64,000 nucleotides of DNA, from contig CBDFKP010000002.1 of the NCBI GenBank assembly GCA_965248865.1, positions 376,610 through 440,609 of the forward strand, written 5' to 3'. Below are positions 29,466-37,076 of the stretch, piece after piece; positions within the stretch are counted from its first letter, which is position 1, and the number at the start of each line of letters is the position of its first letter. Source of the stretch: Dehalococcoidia bacterium (GTDB lineage Bacteria; Chloroflexota; Dehalococcoidia; Lucifugimonadales; JAPUKM01). Position numbers and translations under genes: made by a program. The notes below the pieces were generated by a model. It had not been told where the DNA came from. It ran no database searches and saw only the letters and a list, made by a program, of their open reading frames with translations.

Positions 29466-29790
29466 TCAACCCTCCATCAAGACTCCACCATCTTCATGTC
29501 CCAGCGCATCAATGAACTGTTCCATTCTACAGCCGCTGCAGCAGTCTACAGCCGCTGCAGCAGCAGCGGGTTGTCCATCTGGATTCCGGAAGTGGTGAGA
29601 AATTGGCAAACTTCTTGCCAATATGCCAGATGGTGGGCCTAGGTGTACTGAATTGCGAACTTTTAGGTTGGCCGTTACCTTGTGACCCACCCACGAGAGC
29701 TTTGTGGCGGCCCAAGTCTTCTGGCGGCGCGGCTTCCATTCGACATCAGATGGCCAGAGCATGAGCTCGACCTCACCGTCACAATGCGAT
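29466..29790 (-). pseudogene. possible decayed ArsR/SmtB-type regulator remnant
   Basis: Weak match only: LARSLPISHHFRNPDG resembles the wHTH recognition helix region (..VSHHLR.L..AG). Contains a perfect 19-bp tandem duplication (29526-29563). Lies upstream of the SRPBCC gene, as in common ArsR-SRPBCC pairs. Confidence 0.25.
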
Positions 29791-30137
29791 ACATCATTGT
29801 TTGGACCATCGTTCTACGGTCGTTAGAAGCTTAAGTGCTGCTTCCGTAACTCTTGGGTCTTGTTCTAGCCGCAGGGCAGCCGCCCTGCCTTCAGGAGAAT
29901 CCGGCGTTCGTTTGGCATACAGACCAATGCTAGCCTGACCATCGCTGCCTGTTCCGAGCCTGTTCCGAGTTCGTAGCTCCTGGATGCTCCAGTTGGCATA
30001 TCGTGGGCAACGGCGACCAACTCTCCTTCGAGGTCGTGAGCATCGCGAAGGACCAGGTACACAATGGTATCCTTGTCTATCCAGGTCTGTTGGCAATCAG
30101 CACAAGTGGGACAGATTAGGACCCGAGAAGATTATTA

Positions 30138-31121
30138 TTATGAAGAGCTGCGTGGGAGCTCCCTGAGGGTCTTGTTGTAGCGTCTTCGCCGTTCTAACGT
30201 CTGGACCTGCACCTCCTTTCTCCGTTGGAGGATCTGCTCCCGCCTTCCGTTGAGCATGTCTGCGGGCGTCACGTTGCCCAGCGCCTTGTGATAGCGTCGG
30301 TAGTTGTAGTAGGCCACGAAGGCGGCGATTGCTCCTTCCAGGGCAGAAGGCATCTCGTAGGGGACCTGTTTGACGTCCCGCTTGATACTCTGGTGATAGC
30401 GCTCGAGCTTGCCATTGGTCTGAGGGTGGAACGGCGCGGCCAGAATGTGCTTGATTCCCACCAGGTGCAGGTAGTCTCTGAAGCCACGGGAGACATAACC
30501 TGAGCCGTTATCGCTCAGCAGGCTGGTCCGGTCGGCCACTGGGACCTCAGTCATGCCGGTCTTGTCCACGGCCTCTTGGACCACCTCGATGAGAGAGTCG
30601 GTGGTCATGTCCCGCTGGAGCTTGTGGGCCAGTATGAAGCGGGAGTAGTCGTCCATCACGGTGACCAGGTAGTAGTAGCCCCAACCGATCACCTTGAAGT
30701 AGGAGGCGTCGGTAGCCCACATCTGGTGAGGGCCGCTGGTCTTGCGATGGTACTCTTTGCCGGCCTTGAGCTGCATCTCGGGTGACTTCACAAGACCTTC
30801 TCTGCACAGGATGCGATACACAGTGGACTCGGATACAGCGAAGGCCAGGTTGTCTGTAGACCACGCTGCCAACTGGCGGCTACTTAGCTCCGGCATCTCC
30901 CTGGCCGCTTCCAGGATCGACCGTTCCTCCTGAGGTCTAAGGCGGTTCCACGGTGGAGCGCTGGCTCCAGGTCGGTCCTCGAGACCTTGTTGATGTTGTT
31001 GTCGCATCAACCACCGATAGTAGGTGCTCTTGGGAACACCCAGGTCTCTGAGCACCCGACGCTTGGCCAGCGGTGATGCGGCTACACTGGCCAGGACCGT
31101 CGCCTTCTCAACGGCGCTCAT
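30138..31121 (-). CDS. IS3-family transposase OrfB (rve integrase core)
   Basis: DDE/rve motifs: WATDASYF...LLSDNGSGYVS...HPQTNGKLERYHQSIK. Lies in the -1 frame relative to orfA. Confidence 0.9.
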   Translation of the reverse strand: MSAVEKATVLASVAASPLAKRRVLRDLGVPKSTYYRWLMRQQHQQGLEDRPGASAPPWNRLRPQEERSILEAAREMPELSSRQLAAWSTDNLAFAVSESTVYRILCREGLVKSPEMQLKAGKEYHRKTSGPHQMWATDASYFKVIGWGYYYLVTVMDDYSRFILAHKLQRDMTTDSLIEVVQEAVDKTGMTEVPVADRTSLLSDNGSGYVSRGFRDYLHLVGIKHILAAPFHPQTNGKLERYHQSIKRDVKQVPYEMPSALEGAIAAFVAYYNYRRYHKALGNVTPADMLNGRREQILQRRKEVQVQTLERRRRYNKTLRELPRSSS

Positions 31122-31525
31122 CCGCTGGTACCGACGCCGTTCTGGGGCATTGGTATGGCCGTTTTTTTCAGACGGTAGACCTCGAGGGATAGCTCGGCTA
31201 CCAGCTGCTTGAGCTCGCCGTTCTCCCGCTTGAGATCCTGGATCTCCTGCCGGGTGGCATCGCGCACCGTGTCACGGGACAGCCGCTCCCTGCCCGCCTC
31301 CATGAACTCCTTGGTCCACGAGTAGTAGGAGTGGGGCTTGATACCCTCCCACCGGCACAGGTCGTTCACGGTGACCTCGCGGCGGAAGCCCTCCAGCACG
31401 ATACGGATCTTCTCTTCCGGGGTGTATTTGCGCCGGGTAGCCGCTCTAACTCGTCGAACGAAGGACCTAGTCTGCTCCGACCGCTGATCGGCGGCCTCGG
31501 CCTTGCTGACGTCTGACTGGGACAT
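31118..31525 (-). CDS. IS3-family transposase OrfA (HTH_Tnp_1)
   Basis: KYTPEEKIRIVLEGFRREVTVNDLCRWEGIKPHSYYSWTKEF plus a leucine zipper. The A7 run (T7 on the + strand, 31162-31168) in the orfA/orfB overlap is the likely -1 slippery site. Confidence 0.88.
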   Translation of the reverse strand: MSQSDVSKAEAADQRSEQTRSFVRRVRAATRRKYTPEEKIRIVLEGFRREVTVNDLCRWEGIKPHSYYSWTKEFMEAGRERLSRDTVRDATRQEIQDLKRENGELKQLVAELSLEVYRLKKTAIPMPQNGVGTSG

Positions 31526-31642
31526 CGCTGCTCCTTTCATGAGGTACTCTACCCTCACTTCAGGAGCTCACACCACTCTCAGATTCTCGGGTTTTCTACC
31601 CCTCTCACGTGTCCCATTATCGCTGACGGTCTACAGTCAGAC

Positions 31643-32701
31643 ATGGAGACGAAGAGCGAAGCCGGGACCGGCCGGTCGACCCCAGCTTCAACCGAGAGGC
31701 GGCGGGTCTTCAGCGGCATTCAGCCGTCGGGCGACCTACATATCGGCTCTTATCTTGGGGCCATCAAGGGCTGGGTCAAACAGCAATCGGAGAAAGAGAA
31801 CATCTTCTGCATTGTGGACCTGCACGCCATCACCGTCCCTCAAGACCCGGAGGACCTCCAGCGACGGACCCGGGCCGTCGCCGCCACCTATCTGGCCGCG
31901 GGCCTGGACCCCTCGCAGTGCACCATATTTGTCCAAAGCCACGTGACCGAGCACGCCGAGGGCTGCTGGGTCCTCAACTGCATAACGCCCGTGGGCTGGC
32001 TCGAGCGTATGACCCAGTACAAAGACAAAGCGTCCCGCCAGGAGAGCGTGGTGGCGGGCCTGCTCGACTATCCGGTGCTGATGGCGGCCGACATCATCCT
32101 GTACGACGCCCACGAGGTGCCGGTGGGCGACGACCAGAAACAGCACGTAGAGCTGGCGCGCGATATCGCCCAGCGGTTCAACAGGCTGTTCGGTGAGACC
32201 TTTGTGGTGTCCGAGCCTGTCATCCCCGAGGTGGGTGCCCGGATAATGGGTCTGGACGACCCTACGGTCAAAATGTCGAAGGAGTACTCGAACGTCCGCG
32301 GCCACCTGGTGGGCCTGCTGGACGACCCTAAGGAGATCGAGCGCTCGTTCAAGCGGGCCGTAACCGACTCCGGAAACGGCATAGCGTTCTCCGACGATCC
32401 GGCGAAGGCCGGCGTGAACAACCTGCTCGGTATCTATAGCGCCGTCACCGGGCGAAGCGGGGCGGACGTGGAGTCAGACTTTGCCGCCGCTCGCGACTAT
32501 GGGGACCTGAAGACGAGGGTCGCCGAGGTGAAAATCGAAGAGCTAAAGCCGCTCCGCGAGCGGTACGAGGAGCTGATGAAGGACGTGGGCGAGCTGGACC
32601 GTGTTCTGGCCGATGGCGCCGAACAAGCCAGGGCCATTAGCGCTCCCAAGCTCGACGAGGTCAAACGCCGCATGGGGCTCGTCTTGTCCGGCGGGCGATA
32701 G
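31643..32701 (+). CDS. trpS: tryptophan--tRNA ligase
   Basis: SGIQPSGDLHIGSYLG (HIGH-type) and VKMSKE (KMSKS-type) motifs. 352 aa. Confidence 0.92.
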   Translation: METKSEAGTGRSTPASTERRRVFSGIQPSGDLHIGSYLGAIKGWVKQQSEKENIFCIVDLHAITVPQDPEDLQRRTRAVAATYLAAGLDPSQCTIFVQSHVTEHAEGCWVLNCITPVGWLERMTQYKDKASRQESVVAGLLDYPVLMAADIILYDAHEVPVGDDQKQHVELARDIAQRFNRLFGETFVVSEPVIPEVGARIMGLDDPTVKMSKEYSNVRGHLVGLLDDPKEIERSFKRAVTDSGNGIAFSDDPAKAGVNNLLGIYSAVTGRSGADVESDFAAARDYGDLKTRVAEVKIEELKPLRERYEELMKDVGELDRVLADGAEQARAISAPKLDEVKRRMGLVLSGGR

Positions 32702-32938
32702 GAAAGCCATGTACAACCCAACGCTGGAAGAGGCAAAGATTGGCAGAGGCGGAAGGGCAATGAGCGTCGCGCAGCGCAGCCACTTTAGGGAACCGGGACT
32801 CTTCGGGCCAACCTGACTCGCGCACGTGACGGCGAGCTTCCACGGCGACGAAGAATACAGAGATTGCCAAGCGCAGGAGATGTGGACTCTGCTCAAAATC
32901 CTTCATTGACGCAATATGGGGGAATCGTGGTTACACTA

Positions 32939-33415
32939 TTAGACAAGTTGGCCTCGATTGACAGCAAGGTATCCTCCTACCAACGACCCTAAGAGTGCCC
33001 CTATCGCGGTTACAGCTGCAAATACAAGAAGATACAAACTCCGAAGGTCCAGACATTCGAGCCTGACGAATGAGCCTGGTTCAAAATCCCCGCAACCCAA
33101 GAAGAGAATTGCGTAAATCAGTCCATTCATTCCAGGCACCATGCCTGCCACGAGTCCTGCCGCCACTCTGTACCGCTTCCCGCTAGTTGTCGTTTCTCGT
33201 CTTCTTGCACGGATGAATGCAAATGATGTACTGGTCAGCGCACCCAGCGTGCCTCCTATAGCGGCAAAGATAAGTGATGGACCTACGACTTCAATTATGA
33301 ATTCATGGCGACCGATCTTTCCCAGACCTGTAAAGGCCACTCCCAAACTCAAACCGGCGATTCCAGGAACTGTCCCGGCCGCGAATCCCAAAACGACGCT
33401 CCGCACGTTGACCAT
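32939..33415 (-). CDS. hypothetical membrane protein
   Basis: 158 aa with about 4 predicted TM helices. AT-richer than the core. No motif recognised. Confidence 0.5.
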   Translation of the reverse strand: MVNVRSVVLGFAAGTVPGIAGLSLGVAFTGLGKIGRHEFIIEVVGPSLIFAAIGGTLGALTSTSFAFIRARRRETTTSGKRYRVAAGLVAGMVPGMNGLIYAILFLGCGDFEPGSFVRLECLDLRSLYLLVFAAVTAIGALLGSLVGGYLAVNRGQLV

Positions 33416-33677
33416 GATGTGACGCCTACATTACTCGCGATATGTAACTGCTACGACCTCCCCAGCGGTAGACTCTCTTATTTTAGCCTCACCGCTGTCC
33501 TGATGATGGGGTCCACTTGACAGGGATGGCGACCCAGGCTCCTGCCGCAGGTCTTTTCACCGTCAGCCCGAGGGCGAAAATTGACCCACGCAGACCAGGC
33601 CACTCGCCGGGCCATCCGCTCATTGGGCGACCTGTCAGAGCACCACAGAACCTTCGTGGCGACGGAAGGGGAGCTTC

Positions 33678-34130
33678 TTGGCCGGAGACCACAAGGGCGT
33701 CGTCTGGCAACAGTGCGGGAGCGGACTAGGCGATGACCCTCCCGTGCGAATCTCCCCGGACGCGAGTCTGCCCGGAATCCTGGCATGGGCGGAGCGCCTG
33801 CTGGGCTCGTCCTACTCCTTCCTACGCGACAGCCCGAAGCCGAATCCCGGCACGCTGTACCCCTCCGGCGTTCAGGCCGCCATGCCCGAACCGTCGCATC
33901 TGGCGTCGGCCCTTTCGGTGCAGCTGACCCGGGCCGACAAAGATGCCCTCGACTTGCTGGCCGCATGGCCACTGTGCACTCGTGAGCAGCTTGCGGGACT
34001 GATGGGAGGCGTCACCCAGCGCCGCGTCAACCAGGTGCTTCGCTCCTTGAGCCAACGCGGCCTCGTGCAGGCGGACGGCCCACTCCACGTGCTAACGGAC
34101 GAGGGGTTGACCTACCTGGCCCGCAGAGAC
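33678..34130 (+). pseudogene. fragment of a wHTH Replic_Relax-like protein (paralog of 44697-46406)
   Basis: LTRADKDALDLLAAWPLCTREQLAGLMGGVTQRRVNQVLRSLSQRGLVQADGPLHVLTDEGLTYLARRDRA aligns with ISPSEKRTLDLVTDHPMTPREHLARWLGVSEGRVSQMMHNLVDTWGLMERQGKRGDTRYTLSTEGIRYITHRDRA. The similarity ends abruptly at about 34130. Confidence 0.6.
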
Positions 34131-34247
34131 CGCGCCGTTCGGACCCACCATCCCCAGCACTTCTCCCGGCTCCACGGTGAAGCTCACGTCTTTCACCACG
34201 ACACGGTCCCCGTACTGCTTCCAGATTTGCTGTGCTTCTACAACCGT
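34128..34247 (-). pseudogene. N-terminal fragment of an ABC transporter ATP-binding protein
   Basis: MTVVEAQQIWKQYGDRVVVKDVSFTVEPGEVLGMVGPNGA stops inside the Walker A motif (GPNGAGKS expected). Confidence 0.6.
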
Positions 34248-34331
34248 CATGTGGTCACTCCCGATACCCACCATAGTGGATGGTCTTACATCGGCCCGAA
34301 ATTCCTTGGTCACCGTCATCCTAATCCGGAA

Positions 34332-35176
34332 GGGTAAAGTCCCGTGTTAGCCACCGGATTAGCTTTGAAGCAGCTTGAACAATGTCTTAACCTGTTCTGG
34401 TCCCGACAGACGCCGATGATTGTAGCGCCAGACATATTCAGCAAGATAGAGGGGCAGCCGTTCTCGGCGGACTCCCCCTTTGGCTGCCAGACGCCGCTTG
34501 AGATAACCCCAGAAGCCCTCCAAGCCGTTGACGTGGCTCCCTTGCCGATCGCTGAACGCCTGGCTGTGGACCACAAGCCGGTGGACGTAGCCCCCCGCTG
34601 CGACGCCCGTGTAGCTGGTAAAGGTGTCCGAGCAGACGATGGAGCCACGTTGCACGCGTTGGTGCAGGAGCGGCAGCAGCGTCTTGGCTTCCACGTTAGG
34701 TACCACGTGCGCCCACACCAGGCCACCTCGACACAGGATCCCAAAGACAGCTTGCTTAGTGGTTCCACGGCCCCGCTTCGTGCCCTGAACACGCTTTGCC
34801 AGGCGCCTGTTGCGCCAGGAACCTCCCAGGTAGGTCTCGTCGACCTCCACCACGCCGGAGAAGACATGGGGAACGTCCCGGACCATGGCCTGGCGCACCA
34901 CGATCAGGGCTCGCAGGACTCGCTTTCGCTCCAGGCGGGCCTCCTGGGCAATCACCTCGGCACTCTGCCCCAAGACGAACCAGCGCAACAGTCGCCGCCA
35001 CTCCCCTGGCGACAACCGAAGCGGCAGCGCCCTGGGCACCCACTCGTAGTGGCAGGCTGCACAACGACTCTTACCTCGCCGAATGCTCCAGCTCTTGGCG
35101 TGTTGACATCGAGGGCACCCAATCTTCCGTCCCATGCCACCATTCTCTCACAGGTGGCTGTTTGGGGACTATACCC
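34332..35176 (-). mobile_element. IS1595-family insertion sequence, copy B
   Basis: Same IRs as copy A. 7-bp TSD TCCGGAA (34325-34331 and 35177-35183). Only two substitutions versus copy A were seen by eye (22488/34346 and 22579/34437). Confidence 0.9.
34359..35135 (-). CDS. IS1595-family transposase
   Basis: Protein identical to the 22501-23277 product. Confidence 0.9.
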   Translation of the reverse strand: MGRKIGCPRCQHAKSWSIRRGKSRCAACHYEWVPRALPLRLSPGEWRRLLRWFVLGQSAEVIAQEARLERKRVLRALIVVRQAMVRDVPHVFSGVVEVDETYLGGSWRNRRLAKRVQGTKRGRGTTKQAVFGILCRGGLVWAHVVPNVEAKTLLPLLHQRVQRGSIVCSDTFTSYTGVAAGGYVHRLVVHSQAFSDRQGSHVNGLEGFWGYLKRRLAAKGGVRRERLPLYLAEYVWRYNHRRLSGPEQVKTLFKLLQS

Positions 35177-35535
35177 TCCGGAATTACCCATATCAAGCTG
35201 CCTGGGTCCAAGCAAGGTACCATCCTCGACGAGAGCCATCGTAGTATCACTCACGGATGCCGTCAACCATCCAATCAAGCTCACAAAACCATCTCTCGGC
35301 GTGGTGAGTTAGCGGCCCCAGGCAGCGGAGGTGGCTTTCACCACGTTTGCACTCCCTTCAAACTCCTCCGGGCACGCACCTCGCCCTTGGTTGCCTCTCT
35401 TCACCTCTGATGACCTCAAGGATAATCGCTACCCTGGTGCTGGATGGAGCCCGGCGATACGCTCCAACACTTGCCGGAATACCTCCCGGGACCCTGCCAC
35501 CTCAGCAAGCTGAAACACCAACCTCCTGGCATGCC
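35177..35535 (-). mobile_element. 3'-terminal fragment of the IS1380-family element (inverted relative to the full copy)
   Basis: Reverse complement matches 53275-53633, comprising the last transposase codons HARRLVFQLAEVA.SREVFRQVLERIAGLHPAPG and the about 250-bp end. Its tip CCGGAA is split by IS1595 copy B. Confidence 0.85.
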
Positions 35536-35788
35536 ACGAACCACTAAGACCATCACCTTCTCCTTGCCGCCAGAGATGGCCGACCGGGTGGACGAGGTGA
35601 TGAAGCAGCAAAGACGGTCCAGGAGCGAGTTCCTTCGGGATGCGGTGCTCCGCTACATCGAGGAGTGCGAGTGGAGACAGCTGCTCCAGTACGGAGAGGA
35701 GAGGGCCAGGAAGAAGGGTATCGGTCCTGAGGACGTGGCCGGTCTGGTGGAAGAGTACCGGGCCGAGGTCAACTCTTCCCGTACATGA
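35531..35788 (+). CDS. ribbon-helix-helix (CopG-type) antitoxin
   Basis: MPRTTKTITFSLPPEMADRVDEVMKQQRRSRSEFLRDAVLRYIEE is a typical RHH. Stop overlaps the PIN gene start (ATGA). Confidence 0.75.
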   Translation: MPRTTKTITFSLPPEMADRVDEVMKQQRRSRSEFLRDAVLRYIEECEWRQLLQYGEERARKKGIGPEDVAGLVEEYRAEVNSSRT

Positions 35789-36189
35789 GAGTCGTCCTCG
35801 ATACCAACGCCATCGTCTCCGGTCTGAACTTCCCTGGGAACGAACGTCTTGTCCTGGAGCTTGCTCTCAGGGGACGGTTCGAGCTGTTCCTGTCTCCCTT
35901 CATCCTGGAAGAGGTTACCGAGGTGCTTGGGCGCAAGTTCGCCTGGGCCGAGGAACGCTCGTCCCAGGCTCTCAGAGCGCTGGGAGGTGCTGCCACCGTC
36001 ATTGAACCCCGGCGGCTCGCGGAGACGATAGAGGGCGACCACGCCGGCAACCGCATCTTGGAGTGTGCGGTGGAGGCTTCCGCTGACTACCTGGTGACTG
36101 GCGACCGGAGGCATCTGCTGCTCATTGAGGGACATCAGGGTGCGAGAATCCTCAACGCCCCCCGGTTCCTGTTGGCGCTGGAAGGGTGA
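35785..36189 (+). CDS. PIN-domain toxin
   Basis: MRVVLDTNAIVSGL, EEVTEVL and DYLVTGDRRHLL give the acidic PIN residues in the expected order. Confidence 0.8.
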   Translation: MRVVLDTNAIVSGLNFPGNERLVLELALRGRFELFLSPFILEEVTEVLGRKFAWAEERSSQALRALGGAATVIEPRRLAETIEGDHAGNRILECAVEASADYLVTGDRRHLLLIEGHQGARILNAPRFLLALEG

Positions 36190-36232
36190 ACCGGCCGCGA
36201 CGTAACACGTCGTCTAACAAAGAGGGAAGGAT

Positions 36233-36514
36233 ATGGAACCTTTTGACCAGTGGATGAACCTCCACCAGATCGAGTGGCGCAAAGCTAATGTGGCATCCAC
36301 GGGACTTGGACGATGGCACGGCGATCAATATCCCTGGATCCTGCCCGAAGGTTCGTGGGAGGAAGGTCCCTGGCAAGGTATACGCACGGGGTCGGACAAC
36401 TCGCTGCCAGCGTACCTTGAGAGGACCGGGGTGCAGAAGCATGAGGGCGTGCACAATCTCAAGAGTTCGTGGAAGGTGAGGATGAGCCCCATCAAGGAAC
36501 TGTCTCCCAGATGA
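36233..36514 (+). pseudogene. possible N-terminal fragment of a restriction-endonuclease-like protein
   Basis: YPWILPEGSWEEG...SLPAYLERTGVQKHEGVHNLKSSW resembles, from memory, the N-termini of PD-(D/E)xK-like 'HNLxSSQ' proteins. The ORF ends 12 codons after the motif. Weak call. Confidence 0.25.
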
Positions 36515-36972
36515 AACGTTTGCGGTTGCCGCCTATGATAGCTCATGTATTGGCTTGGGCCGCGTTTTTCGGAGTGGTGTTTTGGCCCTTTGGATACTCC
36601 GTGACCACCACAACCGCGCTCCCGGGCGACGTTGTGAGGGTTGTATTCGCGCACTTCCCGGGGCCCTTCAAGGGATACTTGGGACCGGAAGAAGTAATGC
36701 TGCTGCTGATACCGGTGGCGCTAACTGGCCTGGCAGTCTGGCTGGCTTGGTCGCGGGGCATCTGGTCTGCGTGGGCTAAACTGGCGCAGTGGGGCTTGGG
36801 AGTGCTTTGCCTGGGGTATTGTTCGGTCCCAATCTGGTTCGTTGAAGAGGTGGACATCAGTTTCATTGGGGTGTTCTTTCTCCCCGCGGCGCTGGTATTA
36901 GTCGTCTCGGCGAGTATAGCGGCCCTATGGGCCAAACCCCGAAAGCAAACGGAACCAGCGGAGGTCCGGTAG
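36511..36972 (+). CDS. hypothetical membrane protein
   Basis: 153 aa with about 4 TM helices. No motif recognised. Confidence 0.5.
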   Translation: MKRLRLPPMIAHVLAWAAFFGVVFWPFGYSVTTTTALPGDVVRVVFAHFPGPFKGYLGPEEVMLLLIPVALTGLAVWLAWSRGIWSAWAKLAQWGLGVLCLGYCSVPIWFVEEVDISFIGVFFLPAALVLVVSASIAALWAKPRKQTEPAEVR

Positions 36973-37076
36973 GGATAGGGCAGTTGTGATGCCCGGACAC
37001 CGGGTAGCTACTCCTTGACAACGGCCTGTCAGATGTCTCAAGATATGGAGTAAGACTCGGTAACAGCATAGGCAGC

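Larger units (their letters stand above)
30088..31635 (-). mobile_element. IS3-family insertion sequence, copy 1
   Basis: Ends are TG...CA (TGTAGACCGTCAGCGATAATGGGACA / TGTTGGCAATCAGCACAAGTGGGACA as imperfect IRs). 3-bp flanking GTC at 30085-30087 and 31636-31638. Near-identical inverted copy at 59395-60940. Confidence 0.88.

Noticed and set aside
29794-30096. 100-aa and 65-aa overlapping minus-strand ORFs next to the IS3 left end.
   Set aside because: There are no motifs and two competing frames. The region is probably the decayed intergenic or divergent promoter region of trpS disrupted by the IS.
33478-33972. 164-aa Arg-rich minus-strand ORF.
   Set aside because: Its composition is typical of a non-coding frame. 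It overlaps the plus-strand Replic_Relax-like fragment, which has real similarity to 44697-46406.
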